A DNA stretch of 64,000 bases from a virus. The stretch is from IMG/VR virus record IMGVR_UViG_3300037247_001116, positions 38,659 through 102,658 of that record. One strand, written 5' to 3'. The position numbers were made by a program, and so were the translations under genes. The notes beneath the pieces were generated by a model that searched no databases, was not told the origin of the DNA, and was given only the letters and a program-made list of their open reading frames with translations. Positions 58,776 through 64,000 of this stretch are shown here, one piece after another (positions within the stretch are counted from its first letter, which is position 1; every line of letters starts with the position of its first letter).

Positions 58776-59102
58776 TCATAAGAATTTCTCCAAGTATTTC
58801 ATTTTTTCATTATCAGATAAAACAACCATTTGTTGAATGTGATATTCCCAAGCTGGTATTTTTAAACTAATATAAACAATGTCGTCATCGCAATAAAGAT
58901 ATTTGTAATGAACATCGTCACCAAAATCATTTAATACTATCTCAATTTCCTCTTCTCCCCAAAAAGCTTTTGCGAAATCATGGGAGAAAATAATTCCTCG
59001 ATAATCACATGGATTCGATTTATAAGTAGAAATACATTCTGCTGTTTCTTTATTTGCCCCTGTTTCTAATATTGCTTTATATAATATCTCTTTATCTGTC
59101 AT
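58776..59102 (-). CDS. Hypothetical protein
   Basis: IIFSHDFAKAFWG and AWEYHIQQMV; first gene after a promoter. Confidence 0.7.
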   Translation of the reverse strand: MTDKEILYKAILETGANKETAECISTYKSNPCDYRGIIFSHDFAKAFWGEEEIEIVLNDFGDDVHYKYLYCDDDIVYISLKIPAWEYHIQQMVVLSDNEKMKYLEKFL

Positions 59103-59122
59103 TTCTCAATCCTTTCGCTCTA

Positions 59123-59151
59123 AGTATACCACAATTAAGTGTTTGTGTCAA
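59123..59151 (-). promoter_or_regulatory. sigma70-type promoter
   Basis: Reverse complement TTGACA-caaacacttaattgtgg-TATACT. Confidence 0.85.
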
Positions 59152-59614
59152 GCTTATATTTCCATTTATAGCCATACATTGTTTTATATATCCCACTACA
59201 ACATTTGCCTATGGCACTCTTATACTTGTTCAGTTTTATTTCAGCTTCTCTAATACTCACAAAATCTCTTATAAAATTGCCATCTAAATCATATTGGATA
59301 ACTGGTTTTAATTTTATTCCTTGATTAGCAATACTGCTATTTTCGCTTAATTCCATATATCTACAGTTATCAAAGACATAATCACCATCATTATCTTCTC
59401 TGTCAATACTTGCTTGATTTAACAACCAAGCCTTATCTCTAAACCACAATTCTTTTAATTCAGATTCGCTAATTCTACATTTAATTCCTCTCCCACCATA
59501 TCTATCATATCTAATATGATTTTTATTATTACATCTGGTTTTTATATCGACCAATGTTCTCTTCCAAGGATATTTTTTATAATATTCCTTGTTTTTTTGA
59601 GATTGATTACTCAT
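59135..59614 (-). CDS. HNH-like + NUMOD1 homing endonuclease
   Basis: RC...YGGRGIK, SIDRED...YVFDNCR, VIQYDLDG...SIREA...YGYKWKY. Confidence 0.85.
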   Translation of the reverse strand: MSNQSQKNKEYYKKYPWKRTLVDIKTRCNNKNHIRYDRYGGRGIKCRISESELKELWFRDKAWLLNQASIDREDNDGDYVFDNCRYMELSENSSIANQGIKLKPVIQYDLDGNFIRDFVSIREAEIKLNKYKSAIGKCCSGIYKTMYGYKWKYKLDTNT

Positions 59615-61652
59615 GTATTATAAAAACCTCTAGTTCGTTATTTACTTTTTCAAGGTCAAGATCTTTTAATGTTAATTTAGCATCAATAGCCTCTTGAACA
59701 CTGCAATACTTATCGCCCTTACCTGCCTTGCCTATTTTATAGTTTTTGATAAGGCTTATAACACCAGCGCCCTTATTAAAATAGCCCTCGCTTATTTGGG
59801 CATAAATAGTCGTTGGTTCTTTTCCTTCTTTTAGGCATTTTGCAGTACGATATGATTCATACGGTTTTATCTTAAATTCTCTTGAAAGCAAGTCTAAAAT
59901 CTCTTTCTTTTTCAAGTAAGATTCTAAGTGTCCATCGATAAATTCTTTTGAGAACTTCGCTGTCTTCTCTTTTAATATCTTAGGTTCTAAAATCTCTTTG
60001 TAAATCTTGATCCCTAATTGAGTAGCCCCAGCTTTCTTAATGGGTAGTCCGACCAATTTGACTTTTAATTTATCATTGTCTTTGTATATGTATAAATAAT
60101 TCTTTTTTCTCCCTCTACGACTCTTAACCCAGCTTCTACCAACCTTAACAACCTCGTTTGTACTTGTATCTATAATAACATTTTTCTTCTCCCGTTCTTC
60201 TATGATATATTGTTCGACTTTTTGTTCTTCCTTCTCGGTCATATTTTTCTGAGAAAATTTAGATGTAAGAAGTTTTCTTGTATCTTCCTCAACAAGTTCT
60301 TGTTCCGAAAAAGGAAACAGCATGTATTCGACGAATGTTTCAATAGCAATATCAAATGTTTCGACAGGAAACGGTACATTCTTTAAAATCTTTTTAATGA
60401 TTTGTTTTAAACATGTCTTTAGATAATCTCTGTCGAGATGTTTTTTAGACACTGCCAATATCATTCGGGAATCTGTATCTCCATAGATTGACTCGAATCC
60501 ATATTTTTTTAATTCGCTTTGAGCAAAATCAGTTATTTGTTGACCCAAAAAACATGTATCATAGCCACCATTAGGCGTGTGAACTTTTTCAAAAAGAGCG
60601 CTTCTAAGAACCCCATATAAACCATTCAACCAAATCTTTAAGGTCTGAACAAAAGGATCGTCTTTATCTTTCGCTTTCAAATCAAGTCGCTGTTTTATTT
60701 TTTTAGCAACTTCTACTGCTAGTTTATGTTTGTAAGAAACATCATAATAGCCTTTTACCTTAAACATCTCATTGCCATGCCAAGCCCCTTCAGTTCCTTC
60801 CTCGACTTCGGCAAATAAATTAAACATACACATGATATGAGGGTACAGACTTGAAAAGTCTACATACCATACGTCTTTTGCCTCTTCGTATTTTGGTAAT
60901 AAAACCTTTCCTCCCATTTCTTCTTTTTTGCTTGGGTGTTCAGAATAAGTCGGTTCCACTCCCATAGAGAAACAAGCAGATTTATAAATCAACGCGGCAA
61001 TAGAGCTTCTTATCCATGAAAAATTTAATACATCTTTCCAATCGATAAGATCTGTAAACGGCATCCAATACGTCCATAATTTATCAAACATTCCTTTGTT
61101 AGCCATCACATCATTTCTTAAATATTTTATGATTTCTGTGCTTTCTGCTTCTGTATATTTATCTTTATAAAAAATCTTGTAATCTATTTTGCTTTTTTGA
61201 AACTCTAATTTCATTGTTTCCGCCATGCACTCTAATGTGTTCTTTTTAAATTTAAATTTCATTAAATCGCCTCTGCCTTTAAATGCAAATCCTCTTTTGT
61301 CTTTGAAAGTTGGCGATCCAAGAATTTTCATACAATCAATATGAGTAATGTATTGTTTTTTTTCAATCAATCTGTTATTTACAAGGATGGGATAGTCAAA
61401 TTCTTCACAATTAAATCCGATTAAAATATTATGTTCAGATAATAACTGTAGTATTAATCTTCTATCCTTAGATATATCTAAATAATATTCTTTTTTATGT
61501 TTATATGAATAAATACCAACCCATTTGACTTTGGCATACAAAACATAATCATCAAAATTGGATCGAATATCCACGGCTCTCCCATCTGGATAATGAGAAC
61601 TCGTTTCCAAATCATATACAAGTGCGTTATTTAAAAGTGATTCAATATTCAT
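59607..61652 (-). CDS. Family B DNA polymerase with 3'-5' exonuclease
   Basis: YDLET, GFN...FD, YLRND; DFSSLYP, KIWLNGLYG, YGDTDS, KKNY. Confidence 0.93.
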   Translation of the reverse strand: MNIESLLNNALVYDLETSSHYPDGRAVDIRSNFDDYVLYAKVKWVGIYSYKHKKEYYLDISKDRRLILQLLSEHNILIGFNCEEFDYPILVNNRLIEKKQYITHIDCMKILGSPTFKDKRGFAFKGRGDLMKFKFKKNTLECMAETMKLEFQKSKIDYKIFYKDKYTEAESTEIIKYLRNDVMANKGMFDKLWTYWMPFTDLIDWKDVLNFSWIRSSIAALIYKSACFSMGVEPTYSEHPSKKEEMGGKVLLPKYEEAKDVWYVDFSSLYPHIMCMFNLFAEVEEGTEGAWHGNEMFKVKGYYDVSYKHKLAVEVAKKIKQRLDLKAKDKDDPFVQTLKIWLNGLYGVLRSALFEKVHTPNGGYDTCFLGQQITDFAQSELKKYGFESIYGDTDSRMILAVSKKHLDRDYLKTCLKQIIKKILKNVPFPVETFDIAIETFVEYMLFPFSEQELVEEDTRKLLTSKFSQKNMTEKEEQKVEQYIIEEREKKNVIIDTSTNEVVKVGRSWVKSRRGRKKNYLYIYKDNDKLKVKLVGLPIKKAGATQLGIKIYKEILEPKILKEKTAKFSKEFIDGHLESYLKKKEILDLLSREFKIKPYESYRTAKCLKEGKEPTTIYAQISEGYFNKGAGVISLIKNYKIGKAGKGDKYCSVQEAIDAKLTLKDLDLEKVNNELEVFIIHE

Positions 61653-61954
61653 TTTATAATTCCTTCATGTCGTAGTTCTTCTAAAGTCTCTTTAAACCCT
61701 TTTGTTGTATGAAACCAAGATTTTTCAAAACATCCTTGACATTCATATACTAACGCTAGAGGTCTTGCTAACTTCTTAGTCAATCCACCAACCCAGGGAG
61801 CTTTACAAACAGCAACAATCTTCAGTTTGTTCCAATTTGTTTTCCAGTCTTTTTCTTCCCCAAAACCACACTTAGGACATCCATCTAATCCACAGCCTCT
61901 GTCCATGTTCATAACTGTTAATTCGCATGGTTGCTTTGTAGAAAATCTTTTCAT
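61649..61954 (-). CDS. Zinc-ribbon protein
   Basis: CPKC...ECQGC...WFH. Confidence 0.65.
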   Translation of the reverse strand: MKRFSTKQPCELTVMNMDRGCGLDGCPKCGFGEEKDWKTNWNKLKIVAVCKAPWVGGLTKKLARPLALVYECQGCFEKSWFHTTKGFKETLEELRHEGIIK

Positions 61955-62478
61955 GTCTTTTTCCTTAATCTTGAAGATAGTTCAAACGCTCTGCAATTAG
62001 ATAATCTTCTAGCTATTTTATATAAATATTTTTTAGGGTCGTAATTCTTGTGTAAAAACCCTGCTCTTTTGTAAGTTATAATTCCATATGTTTGTGTGGG
62101 TTCTTCTGTATAAACATACAAACCATATTTTGTATTTGTTTTGTCAATCCATTCTTCAGCCACTTCTTTCAATGATACTGGAACACACAGCGCGAATTTA
62201 TTTGTTCTTGATTCTCGCCATAAATCATGTTTGTTTCTGACTTTTCTTACACGATTTTCATAAAAATAAACATTTTTCTTGGCTTCTCCTTGAACCAAAT
62301 CGCTTTTAGAAGTCTTGATCTCTACTTCCATTGTGTATTTCCCTGTATCTACAATAATATCGCCGATAAACGCACCGCTTTTTACTTCATCAGCACAGAT
62401 CCAACCTCTTTTAAGGCGGAAATAATGCATTAAACCTGTTTTAATATGACCCGAATGGATTTCCACTTTACCATCCAT
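61951..62478 (-). CDS. PD-(D/E)XK nuclease-like protein (MmcB-like)
   Basis: GDII...EVEIKTSKSDL, FALCVP, YGL. Confidence 0.75.
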   Translation of the reverse strand: MDGKVEIHSGHIKTGLMHYFRLKRGWICADEVKSGAFIGDIIVDTGKYTMEVEIKTSKSDLVQGEAKKNVYFYENRVRKVRNKHDLWRESRTNKFALCVPVSLKEVAEEWIDKTNTKYGLYVYTEEPTQTYGIITYKRAGFLHKNYDPKKYLYKIARRLSNCRAFELSSRLRKKT

Positions 62479-62980
62479 TTTTTGCCCCATTCTTTGAGCC
62501 AGTATCATTTTTCTCTTCTTGAGGAACCTCACCAGTATAATCGACCCCTTTGTTCGCCTTCTCTACAGAAAGCCTTTTTAAACGGCTTTGCGCGACTGTC
62601 ACAGTGTTTTGGCATGAATAAGTATATCTAGTGAAGTCAGACGCATACCTACGAAGATCCGAAGCCTTTTCTCTTGCCTTTGCCTTACAACTGTTTTGAT
62701 CTTGAATCCTATCTTTTTCACAATCACTTTCCTCTTTGACCATATAACGATTTTCATACTCAACCACCATCGCCTCAAGACAGCCAGCAATTGGATTTAA
62801 CTTGCTTTGACAACCGTTCAACTGCTCCATACACTGGCTCAATTCGTATTCATCTAATAAATTACCACCAATTAATTTCTCAGCCCATTCATCAATTAAT
62901 TCAAAATATTTAAGATTCTTTTTATAAATGATGTCGATTTGTCCATCATCATACAATTTTTTTATTTCTTTTGATAACAT
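62468..62980 (-). CDS. Helical protein, possible recombination mediator
   Basis: All-helical ORF downstream of recA; function inferred. Confidence 0.4.
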   Translation of the reverse strand: MLSKEIKKLYDDGQIDIIYKKNLKYFELIDEWAEKLIGGNLLDEYELSQCMEQLNGCQSKLNPIAGCLEAMVVEYENRYMVKEESDCEKDRIQDQNSCKAKAREKASDLRRYASDFTRYTYSCQNTVTVAQSRLKRLSVEKANKGVDYTGEVPQEEKNDTGSKNGAKNGW

Positions 62981-62983
62981 TTT

Positions 62984-63184
62984 TTAACCTCCATTATATA
63001 ATTGTTTTATTGTGGTGCATTCTTCCAATAAATGCGTGTTATGTTGTAGAGATAAATTTACCGATACCATTAATAAATCATAAGATTTAGTTATTGCCAA
63101 ACCAGATAATAATTCTTTAGAAGAAAAAGGACAATATTTTGCCATTGCGTCACAGATAGATTTATTGACTCCTAGTTTTTTCAT
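62984..63184 (-). CDS. Hypothetical protein, paralog of 39698..39898
   Basis: ORF track and shared motif. Confidence 0.6.
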   Translation of the reverse strand: MKKLGVNKSICDAMAKYCPFSSKELLSGLAITKSYDLLMVSVNLSLQHNTHLLEECTTIKQLYNGG

Positions 63185-63999
63185 TTCTTCTCCTTCTTTG
63201 GTCTACCTCTTCCGCGTTTCTTAGGTTTTCCTTCTTTTGCTAATTTTTTCAATTCTTTTTTAGCTTCTTTTACATCAATACCTGCCTCTTCAAGATCATC
63301 AATTGATTCTTTCACCATGTCAATCACTTTACTTTTCTTTTCTCCCGTACCAATTAAAGTAGGCTCGCCTCGTGCAGATGGTTGAGGCTCTTTGAACCCT
63401 GTTTCAAAATAAAAGGGAAGATGGATGTCTTCGCCCTCTCTTACCGAATCGCTGATATGACTCTTAACCATTTTTAAAACACAATCAAACCCTAAAACTG
63501 TTGTGACTGTTTTCTTGTGTTTTGTGCCATCAGGAGCAATTATTTCTTTCTTCTCTTTCTTAGTAGGTGCATCAGCTTTTTGTCCTTTTCTTGAAAACGT
63601 ACAAATACTCATCCAATGTTTTAAAGCATTACCACCACTTAGATCTGCAAAGGCAAAGAACCCACCTAAATTCTGTCTTACCTGTCCGATAAGATATACA
63701 GCCATCTTAGCATTGAATACATCGGCAGAAGTAACTCTAAAGAACTTTCCTAATTTTCTAGCCAACAATGCCATCTCATCATTCTCAATCGATTTCTTTT
63801 TGCCCTTCTTCGTTTCTTGTTCCCCTTTAGGACTCATTGCCTGAATACTATCAACGACAACCAGATCGGCGACTTTATCAACAGCCATCTTTTTTATCGA
63901 ATCCATCGCCTCCTCCGCCGTCACAATAGTTTGTGACAAAACCAGTTCATCCAGATTTACTCCCATAGATTTTGCCCGTTCCTTATCAAACTTTCTTTC
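63181..63999 (-). CDS. recA: RecA/UvsX-like recombinase, 5' part outside the window
   Basis: ERKFDKERAKSMGV, VVVDSIQAM, LARKL, IGQVR, SGGNALKH; frame open to the window edge. Confidence 0.9.
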   Translation of the reverse strand, partial: ERKFDKERAKSMGVNLDELVLSQTIVTAEEAMDSIKKMAVDKVADLVVVDSIQAMSPKGEQETKKGKKKSIENDEMALLARKLGKFFRVTSADVFNAKMAVYLIGQVRQNLGGFFAFADLSGGNALKHWMSICTFSRKGQKADAPTKKEKKEIIAPDGTKHKKTVTTVLGFDCVLKMVKSHISDSVREGEDIHLPFYFETGFKEPQPSARGEPTLIGTGEKKSKVIDMVKESIDDLEEAGIDVKEAKKELKKLAKEGKPKKRGRGRPKKEKK

Positions 64000-64000
64000 C

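Larger units (their letters stand above)
1..64000. mobile_element. Tailed dsDNA bacteriophage genome segment (siphovirus-like)
   Basis: Terminase-portal-protease-capsid-tail tube-tape measure order on +; dense small-ORF replication block on -; no cellular housekeeping genes. Confidence 0.95.

Noticed and set aside
1-64000. Stop-codon reassignment
   Set aside because: Long genes are intact in the standard code, and TAA, TAG and TGA all end genes at coupled junctions
1-64000. Archaeal virus or integrated prophage
   Set aside because: sigma70 promoters, RecA and bacterial-type accessory genes favour a bacterial host; no integrase, att site or host flank is visible in the window

Overview
This 64 kb window is a segment of an AT-rich tailed dsDNA bacteriophage genome (GC roughly 30-33% by eye) that uses the standard genetic code. 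AGGAG Shine-Dalgarno sites and consensus sigma70 promoters point to a bacterial host. The + strand (1.6-35.3 kb) carries a siphovirus-type morphogenesis block: TerS-like protein, HNH nuclease, TerL, portal with C-terminal ChaB-like repeats, fibre/lectin genes, protease/scaffold, major capsid, neck, tail tube, chaperones, tape measure and tail tip. No sheath gene was recognised. The - strand (35.3-64 kb) carries RecA (cut by the window edge), a family B DNA polymerase, Mre11/SbcD with a split Rad50/SbcC, membrane proteases and an ATPase, and a glyco-modification cassette. No tRNA, CRISPR array, integrase or reverse transcriptase was recognised. The most notable observations are: (1) a ~235 nt five-hairpin non-coding element with complementary loops just after the tail tube gene; (2) a DUF2284/SDR/cytidylyltransferase/LicD/B4GALNT-like cassette that looks like a polyol-phosphate glycan pathway; (3) face-to-face consensus promoters, a terminator and paired 25-bp IHF-like boxes upstream of terS; (4) four single-base-frameshifted small genes clustered in 1.6 kb. 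All product calls come from motif recognition and synteny; no searches were run.
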